Shown piece by piece: positions 41,317 through 55,789 of a DNA stretch of 64,000 bases (the stretch's first letter is position 1; each line of letters starts with the position of its first letter). Below the pieces are notes generated by a model. The model ran no database searches, was not told the origin of the DNA, and worked only from the letters and a program-made list of their open reading frames with translations. The translations under genes and the position numbers were made by a program. The stretch comes from Eledone cirrhosa. Its lineage: Eukaryota. Location of the stretch: assembly GCA_964016885.1 (NCBI GenBank), contig OZ024740.1, positions 302,808,001-302,872,000 on the forward strand, written 5' to 3'.

Positions 41317-42166
41317 ATTTAAGCACAAGGCCAGCAATTTTGAGGATAGGGGCAAATCGATTGAATCGGCCCTATTACTTGACTCGTACTTCATTATATT
41401 GACGCCGAAAGGAAGAAGAGCAAAGTTGAACTTGGCTGAATTTAAACTCAGAATGTAAAGAGCCGTAACTAAAGGCCGTAAATCATTTTATCGAACGTTC
41501 TAATGATTCTACAACTCTGAGGCCCTCATACTGCTGCTAATAATGATATTAATAATTGTTTCTACTTTTGGCACAAGACCAGCAATTATCCCAGTGCATT
41601 ACTGGTACTTTATTTTATCGACCCCGTAAGGATGAAAGGCAAAGTTTACCTCGGCGGGATTTGATCTCAGACCAGAAAGGGGCGTAATTCTATGCTGCAA
41701 AGCATGGCGTCCGACCCTCTACTGATACTGCCAATACACCGCCCTTATAATGATATTAATAATTGTTTCTACTTTTGGCACAAGGCCAGCAAATACCCAG
41801 TGCATTACTGGTACTTTATTTTATCGACCCCGTAAGGATGAAAGGTAAAGTTAACCTCGACGGGATTTGAACTCAGACCGTAAGGGGGCGTAACTATGCT
41901 AGAAAGCATGGCGTCCAACCCTCTACCGATACTGCCAATTCAATAATGATATTAATAATGGTCACAAGACCGACAATTTTTAGGAGATGGGAAAGTCGAT
42001 TAAAGCAAACGTAACTGATACTTTTTTATCCACCCTGTAAGAATGAAAGGCAAAGCTAACGTCGGCGGGATTTGAACTCAGAACGTAAAGGGGTGTAACT
42101 CTACAGCAGAAAACATGTTGTCTGATGCTCTACCGATACTGCCAGTCAACTAATGATATTAATAAT
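41317..42166 (-). mobile_element. Cluster of four head-to-tail tRNA-derived SINEs
   Basis: Copies at ~41317-41527, 41550-41746, 41757-41942 and 41955-42150, each followed by TAATGATATTAATAAT. Confidence 0.88.
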
Positions 42167-42892
42167 AACATCTCAATTTGGACAGTAACATAAAACCACA
42201 AATATTTAGGCTGCACGGTAACATAAAACCACAATATTTAGGCTGCAAATATTTAGGCTGCATTCATATTAACCCGAATACATGATTACTACATTATATA
42301 CCAAGAAGGAATGAAAGGATGAAATTACCAGAATTAGGCGCAGAATGTAGAGACTCGAAGATATAGGCCATATAATGATTTCTCAGTTGGTGCAGGATCA
42401 AGCATTGATATATATATTGGACTAACATTGTACTCATTGCATTAGAGGTACGTGTTTTATAAAATACTCTGTGTTCGTTAATATAAGTTACAGAAATGCA
42501 TGGTAAAAGATAGACTTGCGTATATTTGATACAGCTAAGATTATCTTTGCACATAAGCAAAGGAAATTATGATAGAAGCACTGCTAAGGGCTTATACGCT
42601 ACATAAATTCTCGTGTGGCTAAAATATTTCCAAGTCTGATCTTCAATTGCAAAACATAACTCCAAATAAATAGTGCTTTATATGATGTGTCAGAAGACTA
42701 GTTGTGTAGAAAAATCATTATGATTTATCTATCATACTTGTTGTTTACTTCATCTGGTTGGGACAGATGAAAGACAATCCATCTACAAAATGTGAAATGA
42801 AATACGAACTGCGAAATACCGTGCTGGATATTCAATTTAAAGAATAAAACAAACCTACACGTACATATGTTTATGCAAGTATGTATGCATAT

Positions 42893-42930
<38 letters not shown>

Positions 42931-43220
42931 GTATGCATATGCATATACACATTGGCACACATATTTCTCTGCGTATACACATTTATCTCTCTTTCTCACT
43001 CCTCTCTCTCACTCTCTCACCTCTCTCCCTCTTTCGCTCTCTCTTTCTTTCTTCTCATATGTATATATCAGTCTTTAGTCTTTTTTTTTTAATTTCCTTT
43101 GACTTTGATGTATACAAAAGTGGAAAATATTGATTTTATATCATACCATTGATTTATATCCAACGAATTCAATATACTTTCATATACAAATGTTGAAAAC
43201 TATGCACAAAAAATATTCAA

Positions 43221-43266
<46 letters not shown>

Positions 43267-43947
43267 TATATGTGTGTGTTTGTATGATGTGTGTGTATGC
43301 GTGTGTGTGTTTATGTATATGTATGTATATATGTATGTGTACATGAGTGTATGTACATCTCTAGACACATTTATAAAAAAAATAATCTAAAAAGTAGTTT
43401 TACCTGATCTCTCTGTGGTATAGGTTTGAAAGAATCAAATAATGAAATTTGTTTTTTCTTTCGTTTCCTTTTGCTCGGCAATCATGAAGACAATTGAAAA
43501 TGGAAAACATATATATTTCTTTTAGTTATTTTATTCATATATTTTAATTATTTATTAAATTATCAAGACACTACTTCTATATCGTAGTTAGATATTACTG
43601 TTTTTACAAAAAATGTTAATTTGCAATCAAGACATGAAAGACATTTCTCGGACGTTATTATGAAATACCTTTTCAATAACTTTACTAAATTTTCAAATAG
43701 AACGTGCTTTTCTCAAGCCTTTCATGGAGGTCATATTGTAAAGAATCTATTTTTACTATATGTATTCTTGGAATAAAGAGTAAATAGACGATAATATTAA
43801 AAACGAATAATGAATGATGGGGAAATCGTTAAATGCAGAAACTAAGGTTTAAGGAAATACGAAGGTTAATAACCCTTTTTGTGACACAAAATAAATACAA
43901 AGATTTACTTGTATATCTGCACTATTATGTATGTACATACATATACA

Positions 43948-44007
<60 letters not shown>

Positions 44008-44084
44008 CATACATGTATATATAATGTACATACATACACACACCCATACACACGCACACACACATATATATACATATATATGTA

Positions 44085-44115
<31 letters not shown>

Positions 44116-44124
44116 TATATATAC

Positions 44125-44226
<102 letters not shown>

Positions 44227-47200
44227 AGAGAGAGATAAATGTATATATATATATATATATGTATGTATGAATGTATGTATATATGTATGTATATATATGT
44301 ATATATATGTATGTGTATACGCGTATTTTTGTTTTCATTATACCCATAATGCAGTAGTCTCGAGACAATAGACTCCCCTCTTTTTGTACTTTTCTGATTG
44401 TTGTTGTTACTGATGTTGATGATGCTATATTTCCTGTTTTCTGAGTTTCTTATTTAAATTCTTTAAAGATTTAGTAATGTTTTTCGCATGTTTTTCTATT
44501 CTTGCCAGTCTGATGGTTGCTATTGGATTTGTTATTAACGCTGTAGCTATTCAAACTGATTTTTGTTGTGTTTTCCATTTTCAAAGTTATTGTTATTGGT
44601 ATTGTTGGCTGTAGTGTCTTTGTTCTGTTTTTGTTGTTATTTATTCGTCAGTTGCTGATGGTGTTTTAGTTGGATTTTACTTTGCAGCTGTTATTAAAGT
44701 CTTGTTAGTGCTACTGTTATTCATGTTGTTGCTGTAATTACTCTTCGACCTGTCTTTGATGTTGGTGTTGCGTTAATCAATGATTTTGGTTTTGAAACGC
44801 TGATTATTCTCGTCGGTAAGGTTGTTTTTATTGTTATCGTTGTCGATAATGGTGCCTCTGCATAGTATTCCAGCCGTTATTACTACTTCTATTAGATGTT
44901 CATGGCGATGGTGATGATGATGATGATGTACCTTTTGTTATAATGGCAGCCACCATAGAAATAGGAAAATCTGAAGTTATAGTTTTTAATGAGCGCTGAA
45001 GTTTTAAGACAAACGTATACGTCTTAGACATCTTTAAGGTTAGACTGCATTGAAATCATTTGATAATTATTATTTGAACAATTGACTATATAAAAGACAG
45101 CTACAGATGACTTCGTCAATAAAATAATGTCTGACTACCATCCAAAAGCCAGATGGCTCTTTTTTCCATTACTGACACTGCCTAAAAATGTGACTAAGAC
45201 ACAACTACTCACACGACAATGGGGAGGATATGGCTGCCCGGTAGATGAAGTAGGGGAATATTACATAATTAATGAGCGTTTTGATAGCTTTTACTATTGA
45301 GTTTAAGTTCTTTTACTGTTGTATATAACATAATGGAAGCCAATGCGGTCCAACTATCGTCTTTAATCGGTCAATAAAGTAAGATCAGAAGTATTAATTG
45401 ATATAGAAGAGGATGTAGAAATTATTCTTCATTTTCAAATGTTAGTAATAGCTAGATATATTAGTAACTAGATTTAAAGAAACCTTGCTGGGCCCATGGT
45501 ACCATGTGACGACAAATGCAGAGAGATCTCCAGATATAAAGCAATGCCTGTGCCGTGAAGCTTTTATAGTGAGCAATACCAGTGCCTAAATTGCTACCAC
45601 GCTTACTATATATTCCTGGGCAATGAAGATTAATTGAACGGCAGGCTGCGTTTGAATCGCTTTTTTATTTTATATATTCCTTTTCCTAAAGGGCGTTGAT
45701 ATCACTGCCAAGTCAAAACTAACCGGACAAAGATTAATATCTGAAGTCAAGATCAATATATTGACGTCTGATAATCCTAGTAAAACATTTTATTAACACA
45801 GCTTCTCGGGTCTAAATAAAACTCATAATGGCGTATGTTTATTTCTTTATAGAGACAATTCTTAAGGTAAGCTGCCACAGCAAGTGTAAATATTTGGTCT
45901 GGCCTGCAGTATTTACATTAAAATCCTGGCAGGAATCTGGGGGATTTTAGAGTGTACAATTCTGTTATCCTGTAATCCGTTTGTACATTCTATCATTCAT
46001 TTCTATTCTACTTCGTGTGTAACTTTTATATTCATAAGAAGGAATCGTCTTTTGATCGGCTTTATATTTGAGATCATTTCTGCCAGTAATGTTTTACTTT
46101 GGGATTTTGACCTGTCTTACTTACATTTATATAATCCTATAAAAGATTCCAGGGGTGTTGATAAGGACTATAATCTTCTTTGTTAGAATACTTGTTTTGC
46201 AGAATAGTCTACACTATATTTTTTCACACTTTCTGTCTCTAAAAATACTGTTATATTTCTGTCTCTAAAAATACTATTATATGTTGTTCATAACGTTATA
46301 CGTTGTTCATATTTTATCACCGATGTTCAAGCTGTAAAATAAAAGGAGTTACACCTCTATTATAAGTAAAGAACGGACAAGAACATTATCCACATAAAAG
46401 GGGTGTAGCTCTTGAGTGCATTTTCTTTATTTCTTTTCTAATGGTAATATGACACCTATATATATATTATTGAACACCTTCGAGGTAGGAACTCATCATT
46501 GAAACCTTCCGAATATAACGTTAATCATTTCATCTTAAATAATGTTTTAACACACAAGTAGTGCGTGCTGTAGTTGAGCGTAACTTGTTGATGAACTGAT
46601 TTTACGATAGTGTTTCGATACATGAACAGAAGTAGTTATGTTTTTCAACAAGTTTTCTTCGCATTTTTAGAAACTTTACAACAATTTAGTGTAAAATCAC
46701 CTGGTTAGATAATTATCATTTTACTATTTTACTTATTTCGCCCCTCTGAGTGATGCCCTGCTAGGACTCCTCGTTATGTCAACTAATTCGATTTGATTCC
46801 TTTTTTAGATAAAATTTTGTTCAAACCTATAAAATATTTTAAACATTCTATTTAAACTGTATACCTTCCCATGTGAAGATAGCATTGAGAAATGTAAATG
46901 CTAATTCTTTTTCACTACTTAGTGATGGAGGGAGCGAGAGTGCACAGGCCTTTGTATGTTCGATAACCAGAAGTTTTAGATTGATGCAGTTAATAATAGC
47001 AATACATGACTAGCTAATGTTGAAGCAAAAACCAGGGAAGGTGTATACTTCATCATACGAAATCATTATTAACAATCCACAAGGTGAGTGCTACGAATAA
47101 GGGCTAACCAAAGGAATTCGTTTTCGATTCTGAATTGATATGGTTACATTTCACTTACACTAGTAATTCCCTGATAAAATGCATAAACATCATAATCTTT

Positions 47201-47692
47201 CATTTTCGATCCCCTAAAATTCTCCTTGGTTTTATAAACATGTAGGAACCCTGTAGGTTTAAAGTTAATAGGAGCACTGATGTTAATATTTATTCCATTT
47301 GGTGTATTTAAAAAATAAAGTGATCATTTCTTTTGTTGTTTCTAAAAGATTAACTTGGTTAATTATTTTTCATTAGATAATTATTGTTTCACCATGTTTA
47401 TTGCTTCCTTCTATATTCTCAACAGAACGGCAATTTGGGAGTTAGAAACGCTGGCGATATCTGTTTTCAGTACAGTATATGTTGAAGACTTATTAAGTAG
47501 AGTTTTTAACCCCGACTGTCTATTTCCTTCTCTTTCTCTTTCTCAAGCTCGTTCTCACTCACTTGCCCACTCTCTCACTCTCTCCCACTTTCTATTTCCC
47601 TTCCGGAATTGTCTACAAAATGTTGGCTCAGTCAATCCACTAACCTCTACACTATGGACACGATAACAAATAACGTCTTCTGCGTCACAGTA

Positions 47693-47737
<45 letters not shown>

Positions 47738-48307
47738 CACGTATGTACGTGTGCACGTATGTACGTGTGTTTGTGTGTGTGTATCTAGTTATTTCATAGT
47801 AGTTACAAATATTGGCCACTGCATATGTAGTCTGATAGTCAGGAATCTATGTTGCAGGCCACTGCTATTGGGGTAGTGCATCATTAAGAAACCAATAAAA
47901 AAAATAATTAAATATAGTCTATAAATTAAATGAGTATACACACATACATATAGAGTAGTCGATACTGAAAGTTGCTACTTCTCATTAGAATTGTGTTTGG
48001 GCCTGTTTAAGTCAAGGAATGACTGCTTCGTGGCTTAGTAATAGGGAAGATAAATACAATGCAGCGTTAAATTAACTGGGATTTGGTAAGTAGTTTATTG
48101 TTTGTACTGTCACCTCAAGGAACAATTGGTCTTTCAACTTTCTCATGTCAAAATCCCTAGTATTCTGAGAGATGAATTTTTTGTTTTAAATTATACTTCG
48201 TTCTTATGATGTAAAAACAGAGCTTCTTTCTTGCTATTTTGTTCAAGAATATGATGAATATGTTCCTAATTAAATGTTTACAACCGTCCCAACTCACCAA
48301 ATGTACC

Positions 48308-48346
<39 letters not shown>

Positions 48347-48350
<4 letters not shown>

Positions 48351-48404
48351 GGAGTAACCACGAATGAAACAGCTCTAATCCTGTAGAAGCCTTTTTCTAT
48401 ATAA

Positions 48405-48495
<91 letters not shown>

Positions 48496-48518
48496 TACAT
48501 ATATGTATACATATATAA

Positions 48519-48564
<46 letters not shown>

Positions 48565-48622
48565 GGAGTAACCACGAATGAAACACCTCTAGTCCTGTAG
48601 AAGCCTTTTTCTATATAAATAT
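48347..48622. repeat. Tandem duplication (~214-bp period) of a collapsed family B element plus its (TA)n flank
   Basis: ATCGGGAGTAACCACGAATGAAACA...CCTGTAGAAGCC occurs at 48347 and 48561. Confidence 0.75.
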
Positions 48623-48636
48623 GTATATATATATAT

Positions 48637-48731
<95 letters not shown>

Positions 48732-48762
48732 CATATATACATATATGTATACATATATAAGA

Positions 48763-48828
<66 letters not shown>

Positions 48829-48832
48829 AAAA

Positions 48833-48990
48833 AAAACGATGAAGTTTCGTTTACATCTAGTTAGTTTTTTTTTTATTTATTGTGTATCGACCTGTTACAT
48901 GCGTTTTGCAGAGGATTATCTCGGGGTCACCTATAGAAGTTATGGACCCGACTCCATTATCGATCTGCTCTTAAGACTGGCGATTCATAC
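48833..48990 (-). mobile_element. Family J copy with degenerate hammerhead (48892-48979)
   Basis: Minus strand CAGT CTTAAGA GCAGA...TCTGC AAAAC GCAT GTA ACAG; ends in (TA)n. Confidence 0.6.
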
Positions 48991-49134
48991 ACCCTGCTGT
49001 GCGTCGAGAGTTAATTTTAACACCACATATAATTCATTGAAGCACATACATTATATTTGTATATATACACACACACATACATACATATATATATATCTAT
49101 ATATATATAGAGAGAGAGGGGGGTATAAGCATAC

Positions 49135-49186
<52 letters not shown>

Positions 49187-50112
49187 GTGTGCGTGTTTGT
49201 GCGTGTGTATACTTGCTAACTACTTCCATCGCGCTACTACAGAAACGTTGCCAGAAAACTCTTGCTTTGGGTTGAATTAAACAGGTCTTATTTGGCTTAT
49301 TGCTATTTTATCACTGAATGATTTCATTGTAAAATGTATCAAACAATAACATAACACTAAAGTGAAATTATACTTCTTGTGTAGATGCGGAAGAAATTTT
49401 CACTATATTTAGACAACTTTCATTCACCCTTCGTTTATCTTTAAAGTGGAGTTGGAAAAATAACATTGGCATTCCTATTTAAGATGTATATTTTTAGATT
49501 TTCCAATGATTTCTTAAGATATATCACCACCTAGAAGAAAGGAAGTAGTGTTTGAGAAAAACAAGTCGATCGATAATTTTTCGGAATATGTGTATCTGTG
49601 TTTGAACGTGTCCGAGAGGATCGGGAAGGAAAACTACAACCAACGTATTATTCAGCATTAGATAAATACTTGCACGTTTAGTGTTGGGCTATAATTTTGT
49701 GAATACCATAAACGACTAAAATAAAGGGTTTATTTCAATGCAGACACAGAACTGAATTTGAACTGCCCCAGTCGGTTCACTCGTTTTCGTTTACAAGATG
49801 TATCAATTATTTCTAGTCGAGATCTATGAACAAAAGCTTTCAATTTGAGGTCTAATTTAAAAAAAAAATTATTGTTTTCGCAATGCAATAAAACCCACAC
49901 AAAATATCGCACACGCAAACATACATAAAGTGATACAATTCATCGTGTACGTATGCACACACACACGCACACACACACACATACACACACGATCACGTGT
50001 GCAAAGATACACATATACACACGCAAGTGTATGACTTTATAAGTGCGCGTAAAAATATATATAAACAGATGGGGAAATGGCGCAAAATGATGATCTAATT
50101 GAAACAATGTTT

Positions 50113-50147
<35 letters not shown>

Positions 50148-51522
50148 TATTTATTTATGTTCACACAAGGAACAAATGCGCTATAGGGTTCCAAGGCCCA
50201 TTATTGACTATATCTGCAGAATATGAGGCATCAAAATTCCTACGTATTTATATATGTGTGTGCGTGCACGCGCGTGTTTGTGTGTGTGCGTGAGTGTGTG
50301 TGTGTGCGTGTGTGTGTGTGCGTGTGTGTGTGTGTGTGTGCATTTCAATAAATCTTTCTGAAATTCTAAGACCTATTCTAAACGTATAAGGTGTATTATA
50401 AGACGCAGAATTTGTCTTTGTTTTGAGTTTCAAGAGAGGCGTCTATACGATAACTCTATTTGAAATTCTATGTGTTTATGTGGTGTTTGTCATTGTAAAG
50501 TATCTGAAGTATCTAAAATATGTGTGTTTATTGCTTAAAATAAGAGTATTTATATAGTGGGGTATATATGGTGTGTGCGTTTCTCTATTGTATATTTTGT
50601 GTCAATATGATGTGCCTAATATAACGTAGTGCATATATTGTTTGAGTTTATGTACCTCTCAATAATCTATATGCTGTATGTTTATGCCTGTGTACATGAG
50701 TGCGTATTTGTTGCATGTGTGTGGATTTAGCTAGAGTAATTAAGTCCAATTCTAAGATGCAACATGGCGGCATACAAAACCCTTCAGAAGCAAAGTATAT
50801 TGAATATTACAGCAATGTCAGGTGTTTCATTAAGTCCTCGTGTATTATGATTAGGTATAGAAAACGATTTTTTTTTTCATGCGCGCAACTTAAAATTTTT
50901 TTCGTTTCAAAACCTCTTATTTTTGTGTTTATCAACATCTATTCTATCTTTATCTCCCGTCTATTCCGCTCATCTTCTCTCTGTTACTGTCTTTATATCT
51001 ATTTGTCTAACAATCTATCTCTCCTACTCTTTTTCTCACTCTCTCTCTCTTTCTCTTTCTCTCTTACTCACTCTCTCCCTCTCTCGCTTACTTCGTTTCT
51101 TTCTATTTCAATTTCACAATGCTTTTACAAGAAAATTATAGCCTTATACGCAAAAGTAAAAAAAAAAACATAATTGATTCCTGAAAATTTTCTTTACGTT
51201 TTTTCTTATATTCATCATTCACTATCTTCTCTCTCTCACTCTCCCTCTCTCTATCTATCTATCTATCTCCCTCACTCTGTCTCTCTCTCAATTTATATAT
51301 ATATTCTCCCTATATCACTATATCATCTCACATACACACTTACGCTATCTATAAAAAAAATAATGCTCTCGTATTTCTTCTTTCTTTACATGCAGTTTTA
51401 TGTTGTGTAGTTTTTTTTATATATCTTTTCATTCCTGTATACGCTTACTTATATAATTATTATCATTAAATAAATAAAAAATAAAGAAAGCAGGAAATTA
51501 TTATTATTATTATTGTTGTTGT

Positions 51523-52121
51523 TAGGGTGATGGATAGGCAGTATGGGTAGAGCGTCGGAAATATGCTTTCTACATAGAGTTTACGATCCTTTACGATCTG
51601 AGCTCAAATCCCTCCGAGGTTAGCTTTGCTTTTCCTTATTACGGGATCGATAAAATAAAGTACCAGTCACGGACTGGGGTCGATTTAATCGATTTTTTCC
51701 TCCCAAAAAATTGCTGGCCTTGGGTCTGTAGAGCGTCAGATACCATGCTTTGCAGCATAGTTACGGCCCTTGCCATTCTGAGTTCAAATCCCGCCGAGGT
51801 TAACTTTGCCCTTCATCCTTACGGGGTCGATTAAATAAAGTACCAGTAATGCACTAGGGTAATTTCTGGCCTTGTGCCAAAGGTAGAAACATTATTATTA
51901 TTATTATTAGGGCGGTGGATTGGCAGTATCGGTAGAGCGTCGGACAACATGCTTTGCTGCATATAGTTACGGTCCTTTACTATCTGAATTCAAATCCCTC
52001 TGAGTTTCGCTTGCCTTTCATCCATGCGGGTTCGATAAAATAAAGTACCAGTCGACTTTAATCGACTTTCCCCTCTTCACCCCCAAACATTTCTGGCCTT
52101 GTCCCTAAATCAGAAACCATT
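51523..52121 (+). mobile_element. Cluster of three head-to-tail tRNA-derived SINEs
   Basis: Copies at ~51523-51723, 51727-51905 and 51908-52121, with A/B boxes and an (ATT)n tail. Confidence 0.88.
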
Positions 52122-52376
52122 GCTATCTTTGTTCTTGTTGGTGTTGTTGTTCTGGTTGTTGTTGTTGTTGCTGCTGCTTCTACCACTACTACGATCGATT
52201 AATTCTGTTACAGTAGGATCGTTTCCCCAACACTGTTGCCAGTCCCGGTTTCAAGGGAAATTGATCTCTTTCTCGTGTTTATCGTGTTGTTTTTCTTATT
52301 TATTTTCCCCTTTCATCAGCTCTCATCTTTCTTTTTTTTTTCTTTCTTATATTCTTCATTATTTTCAGTCTTTATA

Positions 52377-52412
<36 letters not shown>

Positions 52413-52534
52413 CATGTATATATATATATACATGTATATATATATACATATATATACATGTATATATATATATACATATATATACATGTATATATATATA
52501 TACATATATATACATGTATATATATATATGTGTG

Positions 52535-52574
<40 letters not shown>

Positions 52575-52671
52575 TATATACAAATATATATATATATACA
52601 TGTATACATATATATATATACATATATATATACATATATATATATATACATGTATACATATATATATATAC

Positions 52672-52706
<35 letters not shown>

Positions 52707-52710
52707 CATA

Positions 52711-52809
<99 letters not shown>

Positions 52810-52871
52810 ATATATATACATATATAAATACATATATATACACCACACACCCACACACATATATATGTGTG

Positions 52872-52917
<46 letters not shown>

Positions 52918-53383
52918 CATTTCCATTATGTTTAGTTCTCCTATATCCTCTCTTTCTCCTTTCTTCTTTCAATCTCTGCACTCTCTCTTCCCCCGAACAT
53001 TTCAAGTAGCAATGGAAAAAATACTTTACAAATCTGAGGGCATCTGCAGTATTTGTTTCGTTCTCTCTTATTTTATTTTATTCCTTTTTTTTCTGCTTAT
53101 TTAATTTACTAGCTTCGTATTGTTTATGTTGTTTGACGTTTTTAATGGTAATTAGGTTGATAGTGATGATGTCGACGATGATAGTGAGGAGGAGAAGAGG
53201 GAGGGATGAATGAGGAGGAATGAAGTAGGAAGGTGATTATGATGATGGGGATGATGGGGAGGTGATTATGATGATGGGGATGATGATAAAGATGGCGGGG
53301 AGGAAATGGTGGATGGAGGAAGGATATGCCACTGCTGTGTACTAATGTGGTTGCTATTGCTGCTGCATCTAGTGTAATTATAC

Positions 53384-53471
<88 letters not shown>

Positions 53472-53472
53472 T

Positions 53473-53543
<71 letters not shown>

Positions 53544-53573
53544 TGTAGTAGTAGTTGTAGTAGTAGTAGTAGC

Positions 53574-53606
<33 letters not shown>

Positions 53607-53622
53607 TGTAGTAGTAGTAGTG

Positions 53623-53668
<46 letters not shown>

Positions 53669-53680
53669 CAGTAGTAGTAA
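53384..53680. repeat. (GTA)n trinucleotide microsatellite, ~300 bp
   Basis: Directly visible; explains the poly-V ORF. Confidence 0.95.
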
Positions 53681-54364
53681 CAGCAGCAGCAGAATCAGTT
53701 AGTTAGTTTAGTACTCGTGATATAATCATAACTACTGCATCTGCATCGATATGCAATACATGAGCTAGTATTGCTTTTGCTGGTAGATATCCTTATTGTT
53801 GTGATTGGGATCTATGGTAGTAAATTCAAAACCTTACAAGTGTAATGGAGCTGTTAGCTATTAATATTGTGGTCGATATTATGTTTGCTTAATATCATAT
53901 TGATATAATTCTGTTGTTATGGATACATACTTATATACCAATATATGTAGCAATTTTATTGTTAATGGCGTTGTAGTAATCATTGTTGCTACTGGTGGTG
54001 TTGCTATTTTTCTACTATTGCACCTTTATCATCACATTAAATGTTTTCAAACACCAATTTGGTAAGATTTTGTAAAGGTTCTATTTTCTTCCCTTCATTT
54101 ACATTGCAAATACTCTTGGAGAATGTCTGAAGTTGATGGCCAACCTCGGCAAAACTGCTGTTAATAAGCCAACTAACGGGGGGGGGGGGACCTATAGTGG
54201 TCGTTCGATCTATTAGAAATAACAGTCAAATTACATCCTTTATCTTGTGAATTTTTCCGTTCTGTGCTGCAAAGTTCATAGGTGCGTACTTGAACAATTT
54301 CAATAGCATATCAACTTTCCCCATTTTTAGAAGAAGAAGAAGAAGAAGAAACCTAGTATGTGTC

Positions 54365-54490
54365 AAACCTGGAAGAATGAAAGGCAAGGTTAACGCTGGT
54401 CGTTTTTGAACTCACAGTGCAAAGATTCGTAAGAAGTATTGCAACAGAATCTATCTGATGCTCTAACGACACTGCTAATTTGCTGCCTTT
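54365..54490 (-). mobile_element. tRNA-derived SINE, old partial copy
   Basis: GAATGAAAGGCAAGGTTAAC...TTGAACTCA...TCTGATGCTCTAACGA. Confidence 0.65.
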
Positions 54491-54691
54491 ATTAGATCCT
54501 GCTACCTTACTAAAAGGGCTGACACATGGATTAAGGCATTATGTCCGTTAGAGTGGCCACCATTGTAACGTCTTTTGTGATAGATCTTTTTGATCAGATT
54601 GAATATCTAACTTAACAACAACAGCAACAGTTGATAAATGCTTTATAAAAACTACGTATTTTTTTATATTTTATTTCGAAATCAAATATCT

Positions 54692-54746
<55 letters not shown>

Positions 54747-54861
54747 TTATTTAGTCATTCATTCATTTCTCTTTTCGATTTCAAACCTTTTAAATAGTGA
54801 TTGTAGTTAAGTTATCATTAACTCCTGTATCTCTTCAAAGCTAGATTCTAGAACACAATAC

Positions 54862-55029
54862 CTAATTACAGATGTCAATACTTCATTATGAATGCTAATA
54901 GGACATAATTTATTGAGAGAGAAAAAAATAACATTAATGAGTTCTATCAGTGAAAAGTACGGCTGTTGTTTTCTTAGGGATTTTTGTATCTTTTCTTGTT
55001 TAAACAATTTGTTCCTTAGTACTAACATT
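54862..55029 (-). other. Possible isolated 168-bp symmetric exon
   Basis: TTTTGTCTCCTTTACAG acceptor, open frame MLVLRNKLFK...LTSVIR, AG|GTATTG donor; no recognisable homology. Confidence 0.2.
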
Positions 55030-55373
55030 CTGTAAAGGAGACAAAATACACTGATATTGGTTCTAAAGTACACCTGTCAGAGTTGATGCTTCTCTGAAAC
55101 AATATCAGTGCCGTAAAATCTGTGCTTCAATTCTTAGCTACTATTTTTACATTTGATTAGTGGGGCATATGATGATGAGTGGTATTCAATGAAACTAAGT
55201 ACAAGCTTTATTGAAGAGAAGGATTCAAATATGTTTTGAACTTGTAGGACATTTTGTCAACCAACCACACTCTGTAGTTTAGTAACCAGTGGTATTGCAA
55301 TAATTTTGTATTTGAATATTCTGTGGATCAATGAATCTACATTAAATTATTTCATTCATTGAATATTATTGCC

Positions 55374-55789
55374 TACTCTCGGGTCCTGGCGGTTGAATAA
55401 GTGAGGATGGAATAAGCGGGGCGTGTTGGAATAATGGGGGAGTTGGAATAAGCGGAGGGTGTTGGAATAACGGGGGAGTTGGAATAAGCGGAGGGTGTCG
55501 GTAATTTTTCTAGGTTGTCGCCATTAATTTTTTTAAAGAACCAGAATTAGTCATTTAATTTACATGTTGAGACCCCAACCCATCCTGTTTACTTTATAAT
55601 GTATGGGATTTCTAGTAATGTACTTTTTTTGTCATGTATAATGTTTTATAATGCATAAAGAAAATTAATTGTTGCAGGAATGCTACCACTTAAAATAGAA
55701 TTTTTCCGGAGATAGATTAGCAAAATCTAATAAGCGTAGGAGGTGGGGTTGAAGAAATTAATATGACGACTATTCGAGACTCGAAAGTA
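55374..55789. mobile_element. Non-autonomous DNA transposon (MITE-like) with TA termini and internal ~18-bp tandem repeats
   Basis: Imperfect TIRs TACTCTCGGGTC / GACTCGAAAGTA; GTTGGAATAA(G)CGG repeated about 5 times near the left end. Confidence 0.6.

Noticed and set aside
55410-55500. GTTGGAATAA tandem repeats resembling a CRISPR array
   Set aside because: Period is only ~18 bp with no unique spacers, the context is eukaryotic, and the repeats lie within a MITE-like element.
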